From Octopus sinensis (taxonomy: Eukaryota), in assembly GCF_006345805.1 (NCBI RefSeq), contig NW_021833116.1, forward strand, positions 1 to 64,000: DNA of 64,000 bases. Direction: 5' to 3'. The notes under the pieces are model-generated. The model was given only the letters and a program-made list of their open reading frames with translations. It had not been told where the DNA came from and did no database searches. The translations under genes were made by a program, and so were the position numbers. Positions 48,940 through 62,849 of this stretch are shown here, in pieces; the first letter of the stretch is position 1, and the number at the start of each line of letters is the position of its first letter.

Positions 48940-49330
48940 AAATGATTATTATTAAGAGCACTTTCGAGAAAACATAAAGTTAATTAAGTCTCCCTTGTGC
49001 CGTGTTCTATAACATTCTCTCCGTTAATCTCGATCAGGATTTTTTGTTGCGCGCGATATCTTTGAGGTTGTCCAGGTCGTCCGTCGACTTCAGTCGCAGA
49101 CCAACCATCGAGAGATCCTCATTTAGGATTGTCTGAAGCGTCATTCTTGGTCTGCCACGGAATCCAGACTCCGTCTGCGCGAAGAAATAATTCATTGCAA
49201 TCTTTGCTGGAACCAGGTCGTTTAAACGTAGGACATGACCAAAAAGGCTCTATCTCGATCTGAAGATATCGTCTGACAGAACACCGGATTTGCATTTATT
49301 ATAAAGGTTTTCTTTACCGTACATGATTAC
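48940..49330 (-). mobile_element. RTE-like 3' fragment with (TAA)n tail
   Basis: LFGHVLRL...FRGRPRMTL..ILNEDL...STDDL; ends in taataataat. Confidence 0.75.
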
Positions 49331-49399
49331 TGCTCAAGAACTCAAAAACACTGTTTGTGGACAGCAGACCTTTTACTGAATTGTGGAAAACCTTTACCT

Positions 49400-50060
49400 G
49401 AACCTTGCATTTTGCCACAACACTTCCCGATAGTCCTGTCCTTTCAGTCTAGTCTTTGCTTCCTTTATTTCATTCAAACTTTGGTCGACATTTCGCACAT
49501 GAACAAGACCATTTCCTTAAATTCAGAACCGGGTTGTCCTCCCTTCCAATAATCTATGTACAGACCAGCTGAATCTAAGCCCTGAAAAATGCATGACCAC
49601 TCTATTCACGACGAACAAAAAAATATCCAATTTCGAAATCAATGTTATTTTGAACGGAACAAGAATTCCGCAGACAAAACGCATGAAATACTCGGTGCGA
49701 TTTTTGACACCAAATTCTAATTCTCTAAGCACATTGACAATCTTACAACTAAACTATCAAAAATATTGAACTTTTTAAGGGCCTTTCTTGGTTCATGCAC
49801 AGGAATACAACAACCCTGGTTCAACACCATATACAAACAATATGTCAAGCTCTCCATTGGTTATGCTTGTGGTACCTAGGGATCATATCTGACCCCAACA
49901 AATCTGGAAAAGATCTCAAACTTACCGCGGAAGGCTGCAAAGTCTATCTCCAGTTTCACTGAACAACTAATAAAACCAACTGTTTTCGAAACGCTTGTAA
50001 GGACGACAAGTTCTGAGTTTTATTTTAAAACATGCTCGCAACAGCCCAATCAGAAGATGC
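49400..50060 (+). mobile_element. LINE RT C-terminal relic (I/Ingi-like)
   Basis: KCMTTLFT, ILGAIFDTK..FSKHI, IYKQYV..IGYAC, LEKI...RKAAKSI. Confidence 0.6.
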
Positions 50061-50830
50061 GTCTGACCTTTGGCTGAACACAGAGGGAAGATGTGTAAAT
50101 TGATTGTGATTGTCGGGATCACCTAAAAATTTTGTTTCCTGGCCTCGACGGTGTTTTTGATTCAAAAAATAAATAAAAGTTTTTGTGAGACCTTATCATA
50201 CACGTGGGTTTTTTCGCTTATCGACTTTTGCACAAAATCAAAATTTTCTTACGATTTCGACGCTGCTCTTGATTTTATTTTTCCGGTTTAGAATTTCCTA
50301 CTTTAAATTTCAGTTTCAAATTTCATTCCGTCTTTCTGTTTTCTCGTTGTAAGTCTGATTTTCTGTTTTAAGTTTTTCAAAGTCAATTGTGTTCAATCTT
50401 TATATAATCTTCCTAGCGGATGTGTCTAAAAAATTGAAAATAAACAGAAGAACGAGATTCGACAAATACAATATGTACTGGAAATTTTCTACCAAAATGG
50501 GCAACACATAAAAATTTCTAAAAAAATTTTAATAAACTCGGATTAAAATTACAAATTTGCGAAACAATTTTCTAGGAGTCGTCAATTCTGACTTTTTCGA
50601 ATCACAAGACCATAAAACTAACAAAATTGTTCAAAATATGTTTAATAACTTAAAAATGATCTGAATTTAGTCTATCAATTAATCAAACATTTTTAATGAT
50701 TAATTAGACCACAAATTTTAGCCGCAATTTGTCAAGTAACTTCCGCCAATTAATTATTTATTAAATTGGATTACGCAAAAAAAGCTAGTTTTTTGATATA
50801 AGGTTAATGAAACTTAATTCTGATTTTTAG

Positions 50831-51265
<435 letters not shown>

Positions 51266-52029
51266 ATTTAGAATATTGTTTATATTTTCTACGTTATACC
51301 TAAAAATAAATCTTTATTATTTCAGTAGTTTTCCAAGTTAATTTTATAAACCTGATCTTTCAAATTATCATTTTTGGTACGTTTTTTTACATTTTTTACG
51401 AGTCGGACTAAACCGAGACCTCACGTTATGATTCCACAGCGATTTTTCCCACAAACTAAATGTAAAATTAGTGTAAAACAATATATATGATTCACACAAT
51501 AGTCCCACATCAAAAGTTTATAATTTGATGCCTCAAGCTTCACATTAGGATCAATGGTTATTCGATTTTAGAAACTTATGCCTCTATTAAAAGTTTTTAA
51601 GCTCCAAACGTGCTTAGAAAGAAATTTTTTAATTTATTTGTGGTTTATCATGTTGCCTAGAACCAATAATTTTGTAATATAAAAACGATAAAAAATCAAG
51701 TAATTTTGGATAAAATGACCTTTAAAGTCGTTTATAGTGAATTTCCAAAATGTTCAGACTACAAAACTAAATTACACTAGAAAAATTCTCAATTGAAGAT
51801 AACAAAATGACTAAATAAAATCCGGAGTCTCAACAAAATAAAGAGAAACATTTAAGATATGAAAAAGTAAAAAAGAGACTGTACTCGAATACTTTTCTAA
51901 AAGAAAGGAAGGCTCGCTTTCAAAAAATCAGAATTAATCAGGATAACCCTTATTTCGGACAACAGAGATCAAAGCTTGACCAGCACAATTCAAATGGATG
52001 TTTGAATTTTAATTTTTCCTTTAATAATC

Positions 52030-52445
52030 AAAGAATCTGTTATTTAGTATTTAATTAGCAGCAGAGGATAAGATGGAATGGCAATTCCCACGCAAGATGG
52101 CTATTGATATGCGTTGGAAAAGCCGTGTCCGTTCCCGATGATCATTTCTTCTTCTGCTTGCCAAATCCCCCAGTTTAATAAGGAATTTTTTAGTTCTGGG
52201 ACCGAGGACTCCCGATGTCTCCACTGCGATCGGGGCAAAGATATGGCGGTGAGATAATGCACTGTATTTCCTGATTTTTAGGTGCGGAGCCCGGTTCTGC
52301 GGCTGACGTAAAGATGTTTCCGGCAGAGAAGGTGTCCGTGTAAGTTGCGTCCCAGATGAGCGACTTGCCATTTTCGAAGGGGAAAGTCGTTAGGCCGTCA
52401 GGACTTTTACCATTCTCCCGAATCAGGCCGACCGGTTCCAACTGT
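52030..52445 (-). mobile_element. CRE-clade 3' fragment (endonuclease to stop codon)
   Basis: GKSPDGLT...LIWDATYTDT, RKY, PIAVETSGVLG, LFQRISIAILRGN. Confidence 0.85.
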
Positions 52446-54579
52446 AATGGGAATGTTTGAATTATAAATAAAAATAAAATAAAAAGATGCAATTTAAACT
52501 CGATGGATATAATTTCTGTGTATTAAAAGTCGGCATTTATTCCTAGACCTTTAAAATATTGAAAAATGAATTTGAATACTAGAATTTCTAGAATTAAAAA
52601 TATTTTTGAACCAACCACAATAAATAACAATTGGAGAAATGTACTCCAAAAAATTATGTGAATATCCATGAATTATAGACAATTTAGCAATTACAAACCA
52701 ATTCTAGTGATTTAAATGCTAAATATATGGACTATGGGTACATTGTAAAAGTTAAGACGGAAAATGTCTTATTAAATAAACGAGGTCTGGAAAACTAAAA
52801 ATATTAACTTTGCTTGAAATCAATCATTTTGCAGCAAACAGAAAAAAACTTGTTTTTTAATGCTCTAGAACTCGAGAAAAATGTGCGAGCTTTCATATGC
52901 GGAGCACAACATAAAAAGGGACTATCTTCCTCAAACAATTGAGTGCAGAAAACCAAGAAAATGAATTGACAAAAAATTCACAAATTTAAAACTCGAAATC
53001 CTGGAAAATTCTGTCAAAAAATCATTTGAGAACAAATGGTTGCGGAGAGGGAGTCGCTGTGCGGAGTCGTGTGCATATGCGATGAGTAGTTATGTGATGG
53101 ATCTCTCGAAAAGCAAAAATCTTTATTACAATGCCCGTTTTACACCAATCTCATCTGAAGAAGTAAGAATTGCAATCCAGGCTGTAAAAACAAAGTTCCT
53201 CTGTATAAAAATGAAGATTCTACACTAATTGGTGTATTTATTTTGTCTTAATAATTTGTCGTATTTTGTCCTGAAAGAGAACAATTGTCCGTATAGTTGG
53301 AAAAAGAGGAAAACTAACATCAAATATAAAGAATTATCAGTCTCTGTTAAAGGATAATGGAGAAATTTATATTTAATTGTTTGTTAAAAGTAATCGAGGA
53401 AAGTAACATTTTGCTATTTACTTTTTGGTAGCTAAAACTTTTTTACTGACAAGACTGCCTCTCCTGCCTAAGACCTTAACGTCAAGAACTCAAATTATTC
53501 TGATAAACATGACTGAATAGCTCACTATACTTTTGAATACATATAATCATAATTTTTTTATATAGACGGCCAATACAACATTCTTTGTCTTTTCGCAAAA
53601 AGAGACACTCATGGACTTTGACCAACATCCTCTCATTCTCCTTCCTACATTGCTTTCCCATAAAACAAATCACTAACCAAATAATATTCCCGCCAATTCT
53701 GGTCCTGCTTCTTCCCGCTACTGGATTGAGTGTTAATTCTGGCACAATAATATTTTCACAATGACTGTATTTGTTTCACAAACATCTACAAGTCGCCAAA
53801 ACACATAACAAGATTAAAATATTCAGTCCTCGCCAACTAGCTGCTCGGGAGTGCACATTTCCAAAACGGAACAGAACAACTGCAAGGGTATCAATCCCAT
53901 GTGTTACATCTCTATAACACTAAAAATACTAATACTGTTGATATTCCCTAACAAATGTTCCAACACGGTGACTGATTACACATCTGTCCACATTATTCAT
54001 TGACATTAATAGTAAGTTGGTTTTTTTAATTTTTATAGATTTGCATTTGCACGGCCACTCTATTATAAGTCAGGTAAAGAAGTATGTCAAAACTAAACAT
54101 CTTTGTTTCGCCTAAATGGACCATGCAAATTTCTTCCTTGGCTGAAGACTAAGCTATGGGTAATGGATTTGGACAGTCGTGAGTTCGATTCCGAAGGAGG
54201 CCAGTTTTCATCCTGGGGTCAATTCTCGTTATCGTTCCCCTGCCCGTGAGGCAACGAGTACTTCTGGCACGACACAGTTGAAAAATGGGGATCTCTTACC
54301 TTCTTTCCGGTCTTAGCGTGGCGTTATGGGGTCCACCATGTCAGTTGGAACTTCCAATCGGATGTGGCAACGCTCAGGAGGCACTTAATGCCTACCGAAA
54401 AAGGACTTCTAGATCTCAGACCCTGGGACATCGTCGTCTCAGTCCGTTCATTGTGGGCAGGATCGAACCTTTCAGAAGGATCTCCCTCGCATGAATCGGG
54501 GGATCACGGGGGATTATAATTAACTGGCTTACCCTGGTCCTTTGGTTAATAAAGTGTTTAAAATGTTTAAATGTTTTCA

Positions 54580-54730
54580 ATCAGACAATGGGTCTGAATT
54601 CAAAAATCAAGAAATAACACAACTATGCGTATATTTTAACCAGTAATCCAAGAAAAACCCAATAATCCTCGAACTCAAAGAATTGTCGAAAGATTTAGTC
54701 AAACGTTAACTAGAAAGTTGTCAAAAATGA
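54580..54730 (+). mobile_element. Integrase core fragment
   Basis: FQSDNGSEFKN and PRTQRIVERFSQTL; related to the 27590 fragment. Confidence 0.65.
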
Positions 54731-55079
54731 TGGAAAACAGTGAAAAAAGTGAGAAAATGCTGTGTGCAGTTATAATATATGTCCATTCATTTTTTAACAA
54801 GAGGGCTTTCAAAAGATATCGAGGAATAAAGTTAATAAATTCAATAATCCATGGTTATACACATATCAAATTATGTCTCTTGTGTCCTCGATCGAAGCCA
54901 GCACAGCGGCGACGAAAGCAGATTCATTTTTGGACCAGTATCAGTCGAAACTTCTGGTACGCTTGAACCATCAAATCTTCGTTTCCTCGGCGTTTCCAAT
55001 TCTTCCGTTTGAAAGAAACATGGCAAAGTGATCCAATTTGTTGAATGTAGCAACACACTTGACATTGTAGACTCTACCC

Positions 55080-55560
55080 CGACGTCCATTCAGAAAATTA
55101 GCAAGCCATAGTTTTAAATTTGGTTCCATATTCAACGAGTAAATTTTCTGCGTAAGAATTTTTTGGGAGACCGTTTCAAAAGCCTTGTGAATATCAATTG
55201 AGCATACAATCGTTTTTTCCTGTTTAGGTTTTCTTTCCAACCCTTTTGTAACAAATTGTTTCAGGGACAGTAAATGAGATGTAGTTGACAATCCTTTCTT
55301 GAAGCCATGTTGAAAGTCTGCTTCCGGAATAAAATGTCGAATACGGCCAAGAATCAACTTTTCAGAAATTCTCGAAGGGCACATAATAGAGATATTGGCC
55401 TGTATGATTCTGGTTCGTTCCTCTCTTAATTTCCTTCCCTCGAGTATCACTTTATTAAAATATTTGTCTGCCCTATCGAGGGAGTTGGGTCCAGGATAGA
55501 ATGTGGAAAGTTTCGTATCGACGTATTTCTTATAAGCTGACCATTTTGCATTATTTTAAT
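55080..55560 (-). mobile_element. LINE RT fragment (I/Ingi-like)
   Basis: EKLIL.RI, QHGFKKGLSTT, SIDIHKAFETV, WLANFLNGR. Confidence 0.75.
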
Positions 55561-56228
55561 CGCAGTAGGAATCATGATTCTCTCGAGTCATTGGAGAACG
55601 GTTTATCCGTATAATAATTGGATTGTGATCACTCTGTTGGTCATATTTTACCGTCCAAAAAATAATTGGTGCTAATTTCGGGGAAGGTTAATTCTAAGGA
55701 TGTGGTCGATTTTTTTCCATTATATGGCGTCCTTGTATTTTTCTTTGGACCAAAACAATCATTATGATGGAGAGTATTTATCCCATTGTTTGGAAAATAT
55801 AAAATTATTATCGGATTTTTATAATTCGTCATCAATTTTCGTAACCTAATAAAATCACTTAAACTCTAAACTTTAAATCAATGAGACAAATTGATTAAAA
55901 GTAGCATCACCAAATTACTTATGCAGATCTTGACGCTACAACGAAAATTATTTTAGATTTTCGTTAAAAAATCCACTGTATTTCCAATAATATCAATCGG
56001 GACAACGGCGGAACATCAGGAGAGGCTGCGCGAACTGCTGAGGGAGGCTGGGATCACCTGAATTCTTCTTTCTTTTGGCTATGACGGTGGTTTTCTGGTT
56101 CAATAATAATAATATCAATAAAGTCAAATATAATATACAATCAGCAGCACAAAATATTAATTAAAATTTTAGTGAATTAATAAGAATTAAAACATTTGTT
56201 AATGTATTATTAGGATTAAATTAGTATT

Positions 56229-56451
56229 TTAGGCATTCTTGCAGCATTTCGAAGACTTTTTCCTGCAGCATACTCTTTTCTTTGAAGGAGTCCTCTTTTT
56301 GATTTGTTTGCAGGTCACAGGTTTTTTGCTCGTCTTGACCTTGGTCTAAACAACGAATTTTATTTTTTTAAACCTTGGTCTTTTTTTGTCTTGGCTTTAC
56401 TACTTTTCCTGCTTTCTTAACCCTTTAATAAACATAAATTAAAATTTACAT
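56229..56451 (-). CDS. Small basic Lys/Cys-rich protein (55 aa), protamine/SNBP-like; absent from the ORF track
   Basis: Exons AT | G+48 nt | terminal exon, joined by 27-nt and 28-nt GT-AG introns, give MVKKAGKVVKPRQKKTKTKVKTSKKPVTCKQIKKRTPSKKRVCCRKKSSKCCKNA. Confidence 0.7.
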
Positions 56452-56660
56452 ATATCAAAATCTAAATATAAACGATTTTCTAGTATATATTGTCAATCGT
56501 ATTGTTACTTACGTTAATTAATCGTCATTCTTAATTGGAATTGTACGTCATTTACATTCCACACAAGGTAATTTTAAAAATATCGAATTTTTAAAATATC
56601 TATTCAATTTTAAAAATATTTTTCTTTATTTAATTAATTTCTTCAATTAGTATTTTAGTT

Positions 56661-57342
56661 TTAAAGAATTATTGTTCTTTATTGTAATCTCCACTTTTAA
56701 TAAAATTCGTGTACGAGATGTAATCAAACTCTCCATTTTCTCCCAACTGTATGTCCTTCAACATTTCTTTTAACTTTTAATAAAAAAAAATTAATCAACC
56801 TCTTTTTCCGAAAAGTTGTCCCCCATATTGGTCAGGATATCCTTTAGACTAGAAAATATTAAATAACTACGACTAGTCTTGATGAATTGTCCCATCTCCT
56901 TTTTTGTCAAACATTTTAAAAGAACTAATCAGTTTTTGTTCACTGTCAGTCCCTGAAAGTTGCCAATTCATTTTTACCAGACATTTTTTCCCCAAACATG
57001 CTAAGAAACGCCGTCAGATTTATCGGTCCCTTCACTTCATTCAACATTTCCTTGAGTCGTATTTCGTCCGGAGTGAGCCCTTATACATAAAATCAGAATT
57101 CACAACCTAATGACTCATAAGTAGTTTTCAAGTCTTCAAGATCAATTTTCCCGTCGTTGTTTTGATCAATGATGGCAAATCCCTGTAAAGGTCAAAGAAT
57201 GGACCACTTCTTTGAATTCTTGGATCTGTGCTTGAGTAAGTTTTCCAATTTTCCCCGGAGGTTTCAGGCTTGCCTTTTTTTCTGTTCTGGAAGGAGTATT
57301 TTTCTGGTTTATAGTCATTTTTTGACCTGCCTTATTACTCAT
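56661..57342 (-). CDS. Myosin regulatory light chain (EF-hand)
   Basis: QIQEFKEGFAIIDQNNDGKID.EDLK, GPINLTAFLSMFGEKMSGTD, LTNMGDNFSEKE, FDYISY; 5 micro-introns. Confidence 0.9.
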
Positions 57343-57776
57343 TCGTGGCTTTTCGATGTTGATTATTTCTCTTATTAATGATGAATTTGATTGCTATAGA
57401 TTTCCTGTATACTTTGAAACGTTAAGTGCTCTTATGACAGAAAACATATATTCAATTTATATCACGAGAATTGTATTATTTATAAAATTGAATTTCCTTC
57501 ATCACAGTTTTTAATTGTCGGCATATCCTGGGGTCTATCAACACATATAGAAAATAGCCGAATTTCGATTATTATAATGTTTGGATCTGAACCGGATCTC
57601 CAGCATGTACATTGGACTTGTAGAGTCTCTCTACTTTGGCTGGAGAGAGGCGATTAAAACTTGACAGTAAATCTCGATTTGATTTTAAAAATGTCTAATT
57701 TTCTGATTAAATAGAGTTAAGATAGAAAATTTTTTTAACTGTTTTAAAAAAAGTAAATCCGATCACGACATGATTT

Positions 57777-59274
57777 CTAAATAAATAAAAAATGCAACAA
57801 ACTTATGAATATGTATAATATTGCCACAATATTAGTGACAACATAAATAATGAAGAACAGTCGATCCAAAATCAAAGCGGAAAGCCTCCATTCAGAGAGA
57901 ATTGAGTTAATTCGGTCTTTCGATTCCTTCCTTCCAAAGAGTTCTCTCACGCACTCAGCAATTTGACGAACGTCAGCCTCCACACTGTTCGGCAAAATCC
58001 GTTGTCGAACATTTGGTTTATAAATTCTAATATTTTTGGGAATAGTTGTTATATTGTCATTTTCCGTGAGATTACGAAATCCAATAATTCGTCCAAGTTT
58101 AAAAATAACCTTCAAATAATCACAAAAATGAACTTTTTTAAGTTTAATCGGCAGAGGATTCACTTTTTCTCCCCTCATATTAAAAGTAACAACAATGGCA
58201 GCCAAAAATGTGGACAAGGTTATGAGGACCATGTTGAACACAAAATAACTCCCTACAATAAAATCTTCCCACACAACAAAAACCCAACAGCGGCACGGTC
58301 GAGGCAGCTCGCGGAATTGATTCGGAAAGTAGCAAAAGAAGAACAAAAAACGCAACATAAATATTCATTCCTAATCAGTAAAAAATATATAAAAAACCGA
58401 GTAACATTTTGGAAGGGGACTCGGCGGGAATCCAAAATATCGAAAGTGTGAGCATCGACAGAAGAATGCAAGGAACGGCCAAGATATAGTGATAAAACCC
58501 TCCCTTTCTGCTGAGAACCAAATAAAATGTTATATCAACGAATTTCTCAGAACAGCAAGGATAATTCTTGATGCTTTTTACAGCGTTAGACTCGAGAAGA
58601 TTCCACGTGTTGCTTTCCACATATTCTGTCAGTTCGAATGCTTCTTTATTATCATAGAAATCCATATCGACGTCCTCGCCTGTGTATGTCCAGGACCCAA
58701 ACTTGAGTTCGCATTTTTGAGTGTCAAATGGAAAGTAGAAAATATCGATGGGACACGAAGATAGGAGAATTGACTGAGGGATCCACAGGATTCTTCCATC
58801 TGCGTATATTGTAGCCAAGGCGTCTCGTTTGTCTTCTAATCTCATATCCGCACTATGTATCAATATATGTGTTGTATACTAATTATAAAGTACAATATCT
58901 GGTTTCCAGATGAGGTGAGAATATACGCGAATGACGGAGATGTTGTCGTATTCCGACGGGTTCCATTGGAGGAAATGGTCGTGCCATGACTAAAAATAAT
59001 AATTTTTGATATTTCGTAACAAATGTGAGCCACACGTTTGTTGTGAGGACTTGCTCTTTTTCGTTCAAATTGAGGATTTGGATTAAAGTAAGTCCAAAAT
59101 AAATCTTTAATGTGTCTAATGAGCTTTCAACTGGTCGATTCGATTTACCCGATTCGTGATAGCGTTTTAGAATTTGCTTAATCAGCAATTTTTCAGTTGA
59201 CAATACATTTACTACAAAATATAGTTTAATTAGGAACCATGTTGTAGTTGTGTTAGAAATAATATGAAAAACAT
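57777..59274 (-). CDS. Nicotinic acetylcholine receptor alpha-type subunit, anion-selective-type M2
   Basis: Signal peptide exon, WKPDIVLYN, Cys-loop [21 protein letters not shown], loop C YPCC, M1-M4; [27 protein letters not shown]. Confidence 0.92.
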
Positions 59275-59970
59275 TCCAAAATTTAATTTTAAAATTGTTA
59301 AAAATCTTTTTTCAAAATGAACAATCACACAAATAAACTTTCATGAAGCTCACCTTTATATACTTAACTAATTTAATTAGCAATTCGATAAAATCGATCG
59401 AAATGTTCTAATAGTGCCCCATTAATGGATTGGTTTTTTATCTAAAAACTTAAATTTATAACATAATTAGACTTTTTAAAATCACAACTTAAAACGAACA
59501 AATGGGGTCAAGAGAATATAATTGCAGAAGTCTCACATTTGGATCTGTTTTGACCCCAAAAGTGTCGAGGAACAAATTAAATATTCTACGAATTAACAAT
59601 ATTGTTTTCACTAAATAACTAATTTAAAATAAACTTGATTAATCAATTATTCACCTTTCAATATATAGAAAGGACAACTACATCAACTATTTTATTTCTA
59701 TCTCAACTAAATTTAAACTTAAATTTGACCTTATTTACTTCTTTCTAGCCTAATATTTCTGAACCCAGCCAAAATCTAAGCACTTTTTGATATCTCAGCT
59801 CTCTAACCACGCCAATATATTTCATTTCGTCAATTCCTGTGACTTAATCAGTAAACATGTTACGACAGAAAAAAATGACGATTTATTTCATTAAAACATT
59901 TTCTGAAATTAGGACAACCACCCAGGACTTTGTCTTTTATCAAAAATATATCAAAATTAAAAAAATAAAA

Positions 59971-60707
59971 TTAAAGAGAATTCAAATTATCCTCAAATCT
60001 AAATCCCAATAAGAAAAAAAATAAAACCGCTGAATCAAACTGAAATTTCTCGTCTGCTTTTCATTCGAAATACGACACAAATATGTAATATACTACAATC
60101 AACGACAAACATACATCACAGTCCACAAATACTCTCCCATCCTCACCCACAGGCACCTCCAAATTGGATGTACATCGAATTGCCTGAAAGGACATAAAAA
60201 ACCATCTTTCAACCAACAAAATTTTTTTAAATTTTTTGTCGATTGAAATTCCTGAATTTTTGAACCCGGAAAACAAGGCGATGGCCAACTTGGAAATTTA
60301 TGGTAAAAATACCAGTTTTTGTGCCTTTTCGACAGACCGACAGGCCACGTGCAAAATGGCAGGCTCAAATCTGACGGAAACACGTCCGACGGTCTCTTCC
60401 GTGTTTTTCAAGGCTTCGGTCTTTTTTGACTACACAAAATTAGACCAGGGCACGTGGGTCGCAAAAATCGTGTGTAACGTACAGCCATTTGCAGGATTGT
60501 TTATCGTTGGTTATGTTCTTTAAAAATATATTATTCTTATACGGTGATAGATAGGGAGACTCTGCCTGAGCATGAACTAGTGGTATAGTAGTCGTTGTGG
60601 TTGTTGATAAAAGTGATTATTTTAAGTAAACGATCATCAAATGATTTCTTTATGCTTAAATCTGGAGAATTTAAACACCGTTTTTTGTTAATTTCAAAAT
60701 TTTGCAT
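59971..60707 (-). CDS. TYW3: tRNA wybutosine-synthesizing protein 3 (methyltransferase)
   Basis: PDLSIKKSFD, YTTSSCSGR, WLYVTH, FEPAILHVACR, SGFKNSG, AIR...LEVP; ~6 micro-introns. Confidence 0.88.
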
Positions 60708-60794
60708 TTAGTGAGATGACCACGTGATTACAAAAATTTGAATTTTATTTAAAACTTTTATAATAAATTTGATAAACAAAAAAATGATTAAATG

Positions 60795-62627
60795 TCATAA
60801 ATTGCAATTATGATTTTCATTAGATGTATCAACTTTCTGAAAAATTTTTTTCCTTGACTTAAATCGCGAGCATATTTTGGCAAAAATTCTGTCATAAAAT
60901 TCTAACGAGCGAAGCCATTCTGGCAAAAATTTCCAATCCCTCAAAACCCTCGGCAAAACCCCGGGCTTTCTTTTTTGAAAAATGGACACAACCACGACAA
61001 AGACCAGCAAAATAAACATCGGCGACAAAACCCCGACAAACACCTTCCACCCACCCAACGACAATACAAAAATAAATCCAGGAAACATGAAAAAAACCAA
61101 GACAATGTAGACCAAGGGGAACCAACGGTACTTTTCCGTGATCGTCCCAAATCTGTGAGCAGCCATGAGCGGGACCTGAAAATCAAAAAGTGGACTACCC
61201 TCCGAAGCAGGGGGACAGGGTACCACACCAATATGCCATTCAAGTTGAAGTACAAATGACAAAAAGCAACCTGAAGAGCAGGAAATCGTGTTTTGGGGTC
61301 AATCGCCAACGCAGCGAGAATTGCAGTAAATGTGGTTCCCAGATTCGAACCCAGACACATTGGATAAAATCGCTCAATCGAAATAATATTCACTCCAACC
61401 AACGGAGTTAAAATAGACGTGAATGCTGAACTACTTTGCAACAGCATGGTGAAGACAACTCCAACTACGATGGCAAAATAGCCCGTCAAGTGTTTGAACA
61501 CCCCCGGAAAGTCAGAATTGATTATCTAAAAAATCTATCAAAAATACTTTTTTGACTCCAAAAACGAGTTTAGAATTGAGCAGAGAATACAAAAGTTTAA
61601 CAAGAAATACAAGACCCACTGCAATGCACACAAGTGACAGAACTAGGAGAATGGCCCCGATTTGAGAGTCAGTCAGAGTTGAGTAAGCAAAGAGAAAGCC
61701 ACCTGCTCACTAATAGGGATCTACAACGGAACACAACAGCTATATTTCTCTGTCTTGTTGTCAATCATTCTTTGACATTTTTTCTTTAAAATGCTCGTTT
61801 CGTTGGATTTACTGATTTTTTTCTTGTCGATTTGAACAATCAGATTTTCGAGACTTTTTGTGATTTTTGAAAAAAAGTCAACTTTGGAGACCTTCGTGCA
61901 GTTTTTGCAAACCAAAGGCACACACGATTTCCACGAAATGTACTCCAAATACCCAATACCAACAGTCGCAACTAAAAAAACTCACAAAACAAACAAAACT
62001 TAACAATTCCTCCAAAGTAAGAAATATTCCGACAGTCAGCAAATTAAAAATGTCGTGAATCACTGCCCCCGCGAACGCACGTGCAAAATCACCGCGGTTT
62101 TTGATGTTTCCGAAGGCGACGATGGTGTTGGTGAGGGACGTGCCAATGTTGGCCCCCATGATCACGGGAATGGCCACACTCACGGAAATTACTTAAACAC
62201 ATGAAAAATGACTACTTTTATTTCCCACCATCGTGACGATTATCGAGGACGAAGCAGACGAGCTTTGGACGACGATTGTGATAAGAATTCCAATCACAAG
62301 TCCCACGATTGGGTTTTTGAGCAAAGTTATTTTTTCTAGCGAACTTGAAGAGTTTCCTCCTCAAAAAATGTCAGACTCGAATTACCTCCGAGTAGTTTTA
62401 AGGATGTCCCCATTAGTTTGAGAGAAAATATGAACAAGTACAAGACTGAAAATATAACTACAGTCTTTAGAAATATCCGAATATATGCAAGGATCTTATT
62501 TTGGCTACCTTAGACATCAAAAACCATTTGAAGGACCTGATTTTTTTGAATTAGTGGCCAAGGGTGAATCCTCTGTGCCTAGAAAGATTTAATTTGGGAA
62601 AATACGTATCTGACAAGTCATGGACAT
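60795..62627 (-). CDS. SLC34A: SLC34/NaPi-II sodium-phosphate cotransporter
   Basis: Two QSSS repeats ([16 protein letters not shown]), [38 protein letters not shown]. Confidence 0.92.
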
Positions 62628-62849
62628 AAATTATATAAATTAGACCGATTTATTAATTTAAAATAAGACACGCTGAATTAAATTCCTAAGTATTTATTTG
62701 AGAATAATTTTATTTTTAATAGCATTTAATAAAGCAAATTTAATTTCTAGTTCCTAAAAACTAAATTCATAAAAAATTCATTTGACCTATTTAGATAAAA
62801 AGATTCCCAAACTCAGACTGTCCACTGTTTAAAAATGTAAAAAATTAAT

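Noticed and set aside
55990-56065. EHQERLRELLREAGIT, resembling a Gypsy RT palm segment
   Set aside because: Too short, with no supporting flanking motifs
59503-59558. 9-bp inverted repeat TGGGGTCAA / TTGACCCCA upstream of the nAChR gene
   Set aside because: Short and single; cannot distinguish a TIR remnant or receptor site from chance
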